A stretch of DNA of 64,000 bases. It comes from the human T2T-CHM13v2.0 reference genome, Homo sapiens. A model generated the notes under the pieces. It ran no database searches. It worked only from the letters and a program-made list of their open reading frames with translations, and was not told where the DNA came from. Below, piece by piece: positions 1 to 11,809 of the stretch; positions within the stretch are counted from its first letter, which is position 1, and each line of letters opens with the position of its first letter. A program made the translations under genes and the position numbers. The stretch is from the NCBI RefSeq assembly GCF_009914755.1, contig NC_060926.1; one strand, given 5' to 3'.

Positions 1-1161
1 CATACAGCTCTGTAGTCCTTTAAACCCTCTAGGAATTGCTAAAGAGGGGTGAGGGGCTGAGAAGAAAGGAGAATGGGCAATAAGAGGTCTGGCAGTCTAT
101 TTTACAGAACAGCCTGCCTCTGGACATGACAAAGAGAGCCAAGAAACTAAAAAGCCTGCTTCTGCGGATGTTTCTGAACTACTACTGTTTTTTTTAAAGG
201 AAGACAGAAGAGATTTATGAGAGATGAGAGAAAAGAAAGTGTACACTCACTCTGGCACTTCATTAGGTTCAGGAAGGGAGGCAAATAAAGGTACCTAGAT
301 TTTGAATGAATCCACTGGTTGTGGCTGAGAAAGCCTGGTACTTGTCAAGAACACCAACATATTAACCTTGCCATGAGGATAGGGTCTGACATGTCCCCTC
401 AACCACCTGTCTAACAAACAGTAGGGTTTCTGAGTGATGAGGGTGGTGGTGGTAAAGAGAGGTCTTTTGGAAGAGGAACAGGTCTTTTGTGTGCTGACAG
501 GAAAGCTGTGTCCACCACCAGTGTTCTGGAGATCCCTGTTTATTAGAAACCAGAGAGTGGAGCTGGCAATGGTCTGGGATATGTTCACTCAGCAGGGAGC
601 TGCCCAAGTAGCAGTACTTGGGAATAGCCAGTAGCAGGCAGCAATAGGTGACCAGTCTCAGGAAAAGTAATGGGGTCCCATAATTCACACAGACCAAGTT
701 GCCCCCTGCTGTTCTCCCTTGACTTCATTAATGCCCAGCAACTGTCCACAGGCCATGCACCTGTACTGTCAGATGCAGAGCAGGGTGAGCTGAATAGGTT
801 CTTAGACACAGCTAGAAATCCAAGTAGGAGGAGCCAGACCAGAGGTCCTGGGAACAAACCGAGTCCAAACAAAGGTAAATACAGTGTAACCTACAGCATC
901 ATTCGCTTCGCTTAGAAGGATGTGACCCATCGGCTGGGAGCATGTGATGTTAATGCAGAATAGCAAGACGACCAGGTGAAAGGGGAGCAGCACAGCCACC
1001 AAGGTCTCAATCTTCAGGTTGAGAGAACGGAAAGTTTAAACAGAGGGTACAGGAAAGTCAGAACAAAAAAAGTAAAGGGCATACCTAATGCTGTTGCCCA
1101 AGCTCAGGTCCAGCTGGTGGTGGCAGGCAACCTTCTGCAGGAGTAATTCCAAAGGCAAAGG
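1..1161 (-). other. TSPYL6: TSPYL6 3'UTR (probably continues beyond the left edge); possible proximal poly(A) signal at 539-544
   Basis: Repeat-free sequence directly downstream of the TAA stop. TTTATT at 539-544 reads AATAAA on the minus strand. Confidence 0.65.
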
Positions 1162-2388
1162 TTAACCACACTGGAACCCAAAGGGCCTGGGGATCTCCAC
1201 TGGCTCCCTTACCAGGCGACGTCTAGCTCTATGGGCGTCTTCACCCAACAGGTAGTACTGCAGTGGATTTGACCAGAGGTCCTCTTTAATAATCTGAGCA
1301 ATCCTGTCGGACTCTGGAAGGCTGTGGTCTGAAAACCAGGTGAAGAAGCTGCAGATGACATGTCGGTTCCTATGAATGAAGGACTGGGGTCCATGGCCCC
1401 GGCGCCACATGATTAGAGTGGAAAAAGACACCACTTGGCCGAAGGATCTGACCTCATACACCTTTACAATCAGCTTGTTTCTGAAGTAAGGGTTTCTTTG
1501 AAAGAAGAACTTAAACTTGCAGCCTGTCCTAGGGTGTCTGAGCTCCTTCACTTCCAAATTGGTTAAGTAGCTTAACATCTCGGCATCTTGGCCTCTAATC
1601 ATGGCAGACAGCTGTGGGTGGTGGCGGAAAGCAGTGACCCAGAAGCCCGGGATATTGCGAATGATGTCATTCCTCTGCTCCAGGTAGTATTCATGAATCT
1701 GCCCAAACCTGCGCTCCACCTGCAGGAGCGCCCTGTCAGCCTCTGCATTCACGGAGTCCAGTTCCAGCTGGATGGACTCCAGGGGGTTCAGGTGGAGACC
1801 CACGTTCAGGGGCCCGGGCCCAGGCCCTGCCTCCCTGTTTACCTCATCTATTGCTCTGTTTTCTTCCGCCACGTCCATTTCTTCGCCTCCTGGCTTCTCA
1901 TCCACTGGGGCTGAGAACATGGCACACTCCTCAGGCTTCACGTCCTCGGCCTTCCCCTCTGCAATCACTTCAGACTCCGACCTCCCTGCCCCACAGGTTT
2001 CTAGAGCCTTCTCCCCACCTAGGCCGTGCGTCTCTTCACCCGGAAAGCCATTTTTGAGGCTGCCGTCAGTTGTCAGCGAGGCAGAGGCTGCTTCTAGGCC
2101 CTCCGCGGGTGGTGGAGTCACTTCCTGCCCCGCTTTGATGGCTCCATGACTGCGACCCGCATCGACCAAGATGTGGAAAGTATGGCCACCATCTGCGGGA
2201 TCCTGGGGCGCGACCCCCTCCTCTGGAAGCCGGGGCGGTGGGAACACGATTGGCTCCAAGCGGCCATCAAACATATCTGCCATTACCTCTGTCGCCTTGC
2301 TCTTTTCTCGGGACCTCTGGCCCTGGTGCGGGTCTTCCAGAGCATAGTCGAGAGTAGCGGGGCTGTGAGGACTCTCCGGGAGGCTCAT
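1162..2388 (-). CDS. TSPYL6: Testis-specific Y-encoded-like protein 6; intronless NAP/SET (nucleosome assembly protein) family retrogene, 408 aa in this haplotype
   Basis: Uninterrupted 408-aa ORF. It has an acidic/Pro-Gly N-terminus and NAP hallmarks ([69 protein letters not shown]). The start context is ACCAACATGA (A at -3). The N-terminus [10 protein letters not shown] matches my recollection of human TSPYL6. Confidence 0.96.
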
Positions 2389-2580
2389 GTTGGTAGCGGC
2401 CAGGGCAGCAGTGGGTAGAGGCCAGGCCAGAGGTAGGTAGCGTCAACGTTCCTCACACAAAATGGCGAGTAAACACCTCGCCCATTTGCGCCGCCCACTC
2501 TTCAGTCTCGCGACACCCACCCCTCAGTCTCGCGACACTCACCCCTCAGTCTCGCGAGTCTGTGGTGGTGTCTTTACGTC
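2389..2580 (-). promoter_or_regulatory. TSPYL6: TSPYL6 5'UTR and CpG-rich proximal promoter
   Basis: CpG-dense. Contains YY1-like CAAAATGGCG (2458-2467), a GC box CCGCCC (2491-2496) and three TCTCGCGA motifs (2506, 2528, 2550). Confidence 0.75.
2496..2560. repeat. 22-bp tandem repeat x3 (CACCCCTCAGTCTCGCGACAC[C/T])
   Basis: Units at 2496-2517, 2518-2539 and 2540-2560, read directly. Confidence 0.92.
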
Positions 2581-2695
2581 TTTGTTATTTTAGCCATCGT
2601 GCTGGATGAGTAATGATATTACATGGTGGTTTTAATTTGCATTTAGCCAAAGTCTAATGAGCTGAGAACCTTCTCATGTGTTTGTTGGCCACTAG

Positions 2696-3204
<509 letters not shown>

Positions 3205-3329
3205 ACTTTTTCACCATCTTAATGGTACCTTTTGAAGAACAAAAGTTTTTCATCTTAATATGTGCCAATTTGTCATTTTCCCCTTTACCTTAGTGTTTTT
3301 CTGCTCTGTTTAAGAAATCTTACCTCTCA

Positions 3330-3470
3330 CCTGGGCACAGTGCCTCACACCTGTAATCCTAGCACTTTGAGAGGCGGAGATGGGAGGATCAGTTGAGCCT
3401 AGGAGTTGGAGACCAGCCTGGGCAAGACAGCAAGACCCCATCTCTATTTTTAAAAAGAAGAAAAAAAGAG
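3330..3470 (+). mobile_element. Alu monomer (FLAM/AluJ left arm)
   Basis: CTGGGCACAGTGCCTCACACCTGTAATCC...AGACCCCATCTCT followed by an A-rich tail. Confidence 0.85.
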
Positions 3471-3779
3471 GAATCTTATCTCACCAAGATTGTTCAAATT
3501 TATATATGCCATCCATCTGGAATTGATTTTTATGAGTGGGGTCACAATTTCTTTTTTTCCATATGAATATCTAATTGACCCAGCACTGTTTATTGAAAAG
3601 ACAATTCTTTCCCCATGCATAGGTTTTTAAATGTTTCTGTCAAAAGTGACATAAATCATTGGCTACAGCTAGTCAGTTGGCCTTGTCTAACTTTAATAGG
3701 ACAGGGAGGTGTAATCTTCTCTTGAGCCTGGAAGGAGGAAACTGGAAATATTGGCAAGTGCTGTATCACTCATCATGAA

Positions 3780-4210
3780 AAATAATTTGAGAAATATATA
3801 AAAGACCAATAGAATTAGGCCAAAGGACATAGAGAAAAGGTAATAATAAACAGGAGAAATTTATGTAAGACAATACAGAGCATTAACCAAAGATTAATAA
3901 TAAAAGGAGAGAGAAAATAAGCAATATTTGGAGAGAAAATTATAGTCACATTGATGGTTTAAATAAATATAAGACAGGATGTTAGACAGCTTTATGCCAA
4001 TACATTTTCAAACTTAGATGAAATATATGGCTTCATAGAAATGTATAACTTATCAACACGGACTGAAATGCAATAGAAAATCTAAATAGACCTAGAGACA
4101 ATAAACAAATGGAATCAGTAGCTTAAAAAAATGTTTCCACAAAAATAGCATGAGGTTCAAATGATTTTGAGGCGACTGCTACCAAACCTTCAAGGAACAC
4201 ATAATCCATT
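3780..4210 (+). mobile_element. Old L1M ORF2 fragment
   Basis: A-rich. Contains CAGCTTTATGCCAATACATTTTCAAACTTAGATGAAAT and CTACCAAACCTTCAAGGAAC. Confidence 0.65.
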
Positions 4211-4219
4211 TTTATATTT

Positions 4220-7210
4220 ATTAAACATTCAACAAATATTTATTAAACATTCAACAAATGTTTATTGGGTACCTACTGTGTGCCTGGTACTCTTATAGGC
4301 CCTCTGGATATAACGGTGAACAGACCAAAGATTTCTTCCCTCTTGGGGTTTACATTTTAGCAGGGGAGAAAGATAATAACAAGAAACCAATATTGCACAT
4401 TAGAAAGTTATAAGTGCTATGGAAAAAACAATAGAGCAAGGAGATTGAAAGTCCTGGGGGTAGGGAGTGGGGAGGAGATTGTAGTATGAAATAGGGTGGT
4501 CAGAGGAAGCCTCATTGAAAATATGAGATTTTGGCAAAGAGTCAAAGAAGTTGAGGGAGTCAGCTAGTAGAAATCCTGGAGGAGAGCATTTCAGCACGAG
4601 AAGTGCTAAGCAGAGGCACTAAGACAGGAGCATGTCTGGAATGTTCAAGAAATAACAAGGAGGCCAGCGTGACTGGAGCACAGTGAATGAGGGAGGCTAG
4701 ATCAAGTAGGGTCTTGTATGATAGTGTAAGAAATTTGGCTTTTATTCTTAGTGAAATGGGAAATTACTACAGGATTTTGAGTAGAGGACACAAAATCTGA
4801 CTTAAGTTTTGCGTGAATCACTCTGGCTCCTGGGTGAAAAATAATCTGTATGGTGGCAATGGTAGATTTAGGGGGATCTTTTGGGAGGCTACTGCAGTAA
4901 CCCAGGTGAAAGATGTTTCTCAGACCAGGTGGTAGCAATGGAGGTGGATGGTGGACATAGTATGATGGTAGAGTCAGCCTGATTTAATGGTAAATTGGCT
5001 ATGGGATCTCTTAGTTCATTTTCTGTTGCTGTAACTGAATACCTGAGACTGGGTAATTTATAAAGAAAAGCTTATTTAACTCACAATTCTGGATGCTGAG
5101 AAGTCCAATATGCTGTGCTATGAAGTAGCATGACAAAAAAGCAGAAGAGCAAGCAAGCACCTGGGAAAGAATGGACAAGAGAGGCTGACTTGCATTATAG
5201 CAACCCACTCTCTCAAAAACTAATCCATTCCCATGAGAAGTTATCCAGCCTTGCAAGAAAAACATAAATCCATCTTAACAACCTGATCACCTCTTAAAGG
5301 CCCCACCTCCCAGCATGGGGTGTAAGAGAAAGAGAGAAGTCAAGGATGACTCCAATGATTTTGACATGAGCAACTGGTAGGATGGAGTTACTGGAAGCAG
5401 AGATGGTGAAGGTTATAATGAGGAAGATCTTTGCAGGAAAATCAGAGTTGTCTCTCTTTTTTAACATATTGTTTGAGATGATTATTGGACACCAGAGTTG
5501 AGATGCCAAGTGGGCATAATGAGTTTAGAGCTCAGGAGAGGTCTGAGATAGTTATTCACATTTTGGGATAATCAGCATGCATGGAATTTAAAGTCAAAGG
5601 GTTGGATGAGAACACTAAGATAGTGAGTCCTGATAAGCTGGGCCCTGAAGACTCCAAAAGTATAAGGTCAAGAAAAAGAGGAAAAACAGCAAGGAAGACT
5701 GAAGAGAGACCAGCAGGGTAGGAAGGAAACCAAGAGAGTGCAATGTGCTTGAAGCCAAATGTGTAAAGGAAGGTGTTCAGCTGTGTCACAGGGTGCTCAC
5801 ATGTCAGTTAGTATGAGGTCTGAGAATTGACCGTCGGATTTTACAACAAAGAGTCACTGGTGACTCAAAAAGAGCACTTTCAGTGGAGTGGTGGGGGTTG
5901 AAATATGTTTGAAAGGGAAAGGGAGAAAAGAAATGGAGATTGAATATTAATTCTTTTGAGGAATTTTTCTCCAAAAAGAAACAAAGAAATGGGATCATGA
6001 CAAGAGTAGTCAAGCTACTTTCAGTGGAGTGGTGGGATAATAGCTTGGCTGGAATAAGTTTAAGAGAAAACAGGAAGCGAAAAAGTGAAAACAGCGAGTA
6101 TATACAACTGTTTTGAGAAGTTTTGTTTCAAAGAAATGGGATGATAGCTGGTGGGGAAATGGATCAAAGAACGTGTTTTTAAAATGGGAGATGAAGCATG
6201 TGTAAAGAAGCAGGTTGATGTGAATGATCCAGTAGGGAGCATAAAACTAATGATGTAAGAGACAGAAGGAAGCATTATTGGAGGGATGTCCTGGAATAGA
6301 CAAGAGGAGGTGGAATCTAGTACCTAAGTGGAGAAGGAGATGTCAGCTTTAGGAGCATGGCAAGTTCACTAGTGGTAACTGGCAGGAAGTCAAAGTGTGA
6401 GGTGTATATGCTAGTAAACAGGTAGAAGTGATAGTGAGATTTATGAAATCGTCTTCTGATTGCTTCATTGTTCTCAGTGAAATAGAAAGCAAGATGATCA
6501 AATGAGTGTGAGGATGGGGCAACAGGCAGTGGGAGTCTGAGGACAGAGAAGAAGGTATGAAATAGTTGTCTAGAGAGAAGAGTGACTAGACTATGACCTA
6601 AAGTATTGTCAGACAATGTTAAAGTCATGAATTGGAAATGAGGCCCATCAGCATGGCTATGAATTTTTCTCCAGCCGCATTCAACTTACAGCTGCAGTGT
6701 GAATAAGCAGAGTTGGATTTAGACCTGAAACAAGAAGGGCAAGAGAATAATTATAATAATTGATCTTAGAGTTTAAGCTGGAGGACGGAAGACATACAGG
6801 ATGAGGTCAGTGAAAAGGTGGTCTGATCAATGAATTGGAAGATTCAGGGTACTGAAGGTCTCCTGGGGTCGAGTCCTAGGGAGAATAAGCTAGAGGGCTG
6901 AGAGACAGTGATTTGAGAATGACCTGCAAGGGATTAGTCAGAATCCCATTCATGAATCCAAGGTGGTCTCTAATGAGGCAGACAGAGGATAGGGTAAGGT
7001 CATTGCAGGGGAGGAGGTCAATGAGCCAACAGGCCAGGATGGGAAGGATAGTCTATGTGTATATTGAAATCACTGAGAGATAAGACAAGAGAGAAGTGAG
7101 AATGAGGCAGGAGCTAAAAAACATGAGAAATGAGAGGGAATGACATGACAGTAGCAACGTTTTAGGGCAATAGGTGGTCCAAACCATTGACAGGAGACTC
7201 AAAGCTGGAT
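4220..7210 (-). mobile_element. L2 LINE fragments (long, degraded)
   Basis: The L2 tail CATTCAACAAATATTTATT starts the block. Typical purine-rich antisense L2 body (GGAGGCTACTGCAGTAACCCAGGTGA, GTCAAGGATGACTCC, CAGTGGAGTGGTGGGG). Confidence 0.8.
5008..5312 (-). mobile_element. MaLR solo LTR (MST/MLT1A-like) inserted in L2
   Basis: TCTTAGTTCATTTTCTGTTGCTGTAACTGAATACCTGAGACTGGGTAATTTATAAAG...ATCACCTCTTAAAGGCCCCACCTCCCA. Confidence 0.8.
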
Positions 7211-9168
7211 ATGTATTCTAGGGCCAAGGTATAGCACCACTACCTTTCGATAAAATCAGTTAGTGGGAAGGCAGACACCTTTAGAATTTTATATTTCTTA
7301 ATGTCACAGACCCTGGTATTATACATCTCCCCAAGGGTACACATACATTAGGAAACATGTATTTTTTAAAATTGAAAGGTGAGTAGTGATATTATTCTTT
7401 GAGTTCATTGTGAAGTGTTATTTTCTTTTGGGGTTCCATTCTGCTTTGTTTTAAGGCATGGACTAGAAACAGTTGAAAAGAATAATATACAATTTCAACT
7501 TTGGAGCCTGAAATATTCTGGCTATAATTTTTTTTTCCTAAAAAAAGGGAGAACAAGGAGAGCTATATAAAATCTCTGAAATGTTTTGTCAACTAGAGGC
7601 AGAAATAGAGATGTGGAGAAAGAGGGAGAGGGAGAAAAAGGAAAGAAAAATGAAAAATGAGTAAGGGAAGGAAGAACGATATGGCTTCTTGGGAAGAGTA
7701 CAATTTAGCCACTAATCTGCACATCACAGAATTGTAAAGTGTTTAAATTCTCTGGGAAACCGAAAAACATGATGTTTTAAAAGATAAACTCAATATTAGA
7801 TGACTGAAAAGAGCCTGTGAATTGTATAGTCTTGTTTTCCTTGGACTCCTCAAATATTCTTTTTCAGTTCTTGTTTTGAAAGGGATCCCTCTCTCTTGAC
7901 TTAAATTCTTTAAACAACATTGTTTATATAGTGATTTAACATACAGAACTATTTTTCTTAGAACTAGGCCACCCAGTTTAGAAAGCTGAGGGCCTGAATA
8001 CAATATGTTACTTTCGTAAGATTCAAAAGAATGTTGGTAAACAAGAGAGGGAGATGTACACTTTGCTAATTTCTTCTGTTTCCCATGGAAAGTTTATCAA
8101 ACTGTTTGTGAAGGAAATGGTCAAAAAGAAGTTTTAAGTGATTAACCAAGTAGCTTTACAGCTGCAGTCGTCTTTATTGTATATAAATATAGATAAGAGA
8201 GGAGAAAAATATTTGAGTTACCAGGGCATGGGAAATGATTTACCTTGGCAAAGTTAATAAATTATGATTTAATCATTTTCTACTAATGTAGCACTCATAG
8301 AAAGAAAATATACATTATTGTGCCTGGTGAAACTGTAAAAGGCTAAAAGGTCTATGTAGAGTCCTGGCCTGATAGACTAGCCCCAGAGTGTTTCAGCCAG
8401 GGGTGAGCAGAGCCACAGGCTTGTGACTGGACCTGTGTCCTGGCTAGTGTCAAGCATCCCCACCAGTGAATGCGATACAGGAGCAAAATGATGCAACTGC
8501 TGTTACAGTGTTTATGTTACACAAAACCAAAATACCAGTATTTATACCAGACTCTTATTTTAAAAGTGTTCAGAATTCAGGAAATACAACAGTGAAACTA
8601 AGTAATACGTTTTAAATGCAAATTTTAAAATAGATATTATAAAATGTTTCTAATATCTAAGTGTTAGACATAATCACTCTAGCCTAATTTAGATAAAAAT
8701 TTTTAAGTATTAGAAAAGAAATTGATACTACAGTAAATGAATAAGTTGGTTAATCATGGAAAATTGAAAATGAAAAAGAGTGCATTGATGATGTCATCAT
8801 TACCATAAGAGTATTTTTTGGAGCAAATTTTTTCCAGCTGCTATAAAAGCTTCCAGTTTCTACACTGGTGGCAGAGAGGTGAACAGAGTTTTGCTCTAAT
8901 TCCTATTATTGAGTTGTCATTTTAGGATAATCTCTCTTTGTGATTACTTTTTTTTTTTAGAAATAACTTTTTATGGATGGCAAACTGTAGTTTTTGTTTC
9001 AAGTAAAGCATTTCTGGTTTTAACTTTATCATCTTTAATTTATCCTGTTTGAATATAGATTAGGTACAACTGTATCAACCTAATTAATTACTGTCCCATT
9101 CACATTCCACTTTATTGAAAGGTCTTTGAAGTAGGAGTAAGATTTATGTATGTGATAGAAGGTTTAGA

Positions 9169-9861
9169 AGCTGGGTGTAGTGGCTCATGCCTGTGATGCC
9201 AGCACTATGGGGGGCCAAAGTGGGAGAATCACCTGAGGCTGGAGTTTGTGTCCAGCGTGGACAAGGTAGTGAGACCCTGTGTGTTAGGTCATTCTTGAAT
9301 TGCTATAAAAAAATACTTGAGATTGGGTAATTTATAAAGAAAAAAGTGTAATTGGTTCAGCAGGCTTTACAGGAAGCATAGTGTGGCATCTGCTCATCTT
9401 CTGGGGAGACTTAAGGAAGCTTACAATCATGGCGGAAGGCAAAGGGGCAAGAGGCACATGGCAAGAGGAGGAGAGAGAGGGAGGTGCCACACACTTAAGT
9501 GACCAGATCTTGTGAGAACTCACTCACTGTCAAGAGGACAACATCAAGGGGATAGTGCTAAACCATTCATGAGAAGCTGCCCCCATGATCCAGTCATCTC
9601 CCACCAGGCTCCACCTCGAACACTGGGGATTACATTTCAACATGAGATTTGAGCAGGGACAAATATCCAACCATATCACCGTGTCTCTACAAAGAAATTT
9701 AAAAATCAGCCAGGCATGGTGCTGCATACCTGTAGTCCTAGCTACTCAGGAGGCTGAGATGGGAGGATCGCTTGAGCCCAGGAGTTGGAGCTTCCAGTGA
9801 GTTATGATTGCCACTGGCACTCCAGCTTGGGTGACATAGTGACACACCCTGTCGAAAAAAA
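9169..9861 (+). mobile_element. AluJ split by an MST LTR
   Basis: The left arm ends at GAGACCCTG (9279). The Alu resumes at TCTCTACAAAGAAA (9684) and continues through the right arm. Confidence 0.88.
9280..9678 (-). mobile_element. MST (MaLR) solo LTR
   Basis: TGTGTTAGG...CCATATCA termini. 5-bp TSD CCCTG/CCGTG. Confidence 0.88.
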
Positions 9862-10237
9862 GCTTTGGGTTGTCCATTGATATTTTCTCTTTCCTTTGGA
9901 GGAGTATAGAGTTGCTCCTTCATTCTTTTCAAATTTTAATATAGTGTATAACTCTTTGCATATGTTTCAAGATGATAATTCAGCACCTTTTACAGTACTG
10001 GATAATCATAGTAAAATAAATATACCAGAATTTCATTATTTTAACATACACCATATACTGAACTGCCAGAATACTGAGAAAAGATATTACAATCACTAGT
10101 TGAAACCAGGAAGCCAGCTTCAGTCATCAAATCCAAACAGTGAGCACAGGAAGAGCAGTAAGTGCCTATTTATTGACCACCTTTTGTGTGTCAGGGAGGT
10201 GATAGATGTTTAGTGGTGAATGAAACAGGCATGGATC

Positions 10238-10703
10238 TGTGTCCAGAATTGGTTCCATCTGGTGGGTTCTTGGTCTCGCTGACTTCAAGAATGAAACGAC
10301 GGACCCTCGCGATGAGTGTTCTTAAAGATGGTGTGTGCAGAGTTTGTTCCTTCAGATGTTCAGAAGGGTCCAGAGTTTCTTCCTTCCGGTGGGTTCGTGG
10401 TCTCGCTTGATTTCAGGAGTGAAGCCGCAGACCTTCTCAGTGAGTGCTACAGGTCATAAAGGTAGTGCGGACCCAAAGAGTGAGCAGCAGCAAGATGTGT
10501 TGTGAAGAGTGAAAGAACAAAGCTTCCACAGCGTGGAAGGCGACCCAAGCAGGTTGCCGCTGCTGGCTCTGGCGGTCAGCTTTTATTCCTTTATTTGGCC
10601 CCACCCACATCCTGCTGATTGGTGTGTTTACAATCCTCTAGCTAGGCAGAAAAGTTTTCCAACTCCCCACCCGACCCAGAAGCCCAGCTGGCTTCACCTC
10701 TCA
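10238..10703 (-). mobile_element. LTR12 (ERV9) solo LTR, short variant (LTR12F-like)
   Basis: The minus strand begins TGAGAGGTGAAGCCAGCTGG and ends CCAATTCTGGACACA. Perfect 4-bp TSD GATC (10234-37 / 10704-07). Confidence 0.92.
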
Positions 10704-10959
10704 GATCCTGCTCAGGGAGCTTAGAATGAAGAAGGCAGAAGCAGGAGACTAGCCAGGAAGGGCGGAAGCCAGGCAGACAGTGCTGCAAACTCACATGTAA
10801 AAAACAAGGTGGGAGGAAAGGGAGAAGGTCCAAGGTAATTGCCCAAAAAGGGATGCCGGTCTGGAGATGGGTGGATGCATATTGTACAGAAACAAGTAGA
10901 AATCTTAATGCCCTTTCAAAAATATAAGTATAAATTTAGGTGGTGAGTTGTTTCAACAA

Positions 10960-11340
10960 GATACATGATCCTTGTTTGGGGTAGGGGACAGTAAAGCTCT
11001 CAAAAGCATTCTTGGGACAGTGGAGGAAATTAAAATAGGGACTGGATAGTAAATGTTTAAAAGAATTACATGAATTTTCTTAGGTGTGATAAATGGCATT
11101 AAAGTATAGAAAACAGCATTCTTATTCTCAGGAAAGGAATTTTAGTATTTAGAAGTCAAGTGTTAAGATATTTCCAACTTACCTTCACAAAGTTCAACTA
11201 CAATGCCAAAAACAAACTTATGGGGAGAGAGGGAGGAAAGAAAATATAGCAAATTTTAACTAGGTGGAATTATGTAGCTATTTGATTGTACTATGCTTTC
11301 TATGTATGTAGGAAAATTTGTATAATAAAAAGTAGGGGGT
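10960..11340 (+). mobile_element. L1ME 3' end fragment
   Basis: CATTCTTGGGACAGTGGAGGAAATT...TTTTCTTAGGTGTGATAAATGGCATT...GGAAAATTTGTATAATAAAAA. Confidence 0.65.
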
Positions 11341-11355
11341 CAAAAGATAAGCATG

Positions 11356-11724
11356 TGTATTAGTCCATTTTCTCACTGCTGATAAAGACATAGCTGAGAC
11401 TGGGAAATTTACAAAAGAAAGAGGTTTAATGGACTTACAGTTCCACGTGGCTGGGGAGGCCTCACAATCTTGGTGGAAGGCAAGGAGGAGCAAGTCACAT
11501 CTTACATGGATGGCAGCAGGCAAAGAGAGAGAGCTTGTAAATGGAAACTCCCATTTTTAAAACCATCAGATCTTATGAGACTTATTCACTATCACAAGAA
11601 TAGCATGGGAAAGACCCAACCCCATGATTCAGTGATCTCCCACCAGGTTCCTTCCACAACACATGGGAATTATGGGAGCTTACAAGATGAGATATGGGTG
11701 GGGACACAGAGCCAAACCATATCA
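11356..11724 (-). mobile_element. THE1 (MaLR) solo LTR
   Basis: TGTATTAGTCC...CCAAACCATATCA. TSD GCATG/GCATC. Confidence 0.93.
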
Positions 11725-11809
11725 GCATCCTACTCTCCTTTTGACAATGGATGAGGCAGTTGAAAGGAATACCAAGGAGAAAGGGGAAGAATGCAGGGTG
11801 TGGCCTATT

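Noticed and set aside
295-1002. Cluster of 66-111-aa ORFs at the left edge
   Set aside because: They lie in the TSPYL6 3'UTR, overlap on both strands, and show no protein motifs.
1209-2418. ORFs of 61-125 aa overlapping TSPYL6 on the opposite strand or in an alternate frame
   Set aside because: These are shadow ORFs expected in GC-rich coding DNA. Most use non-ATG starts and show no recognisable domain.
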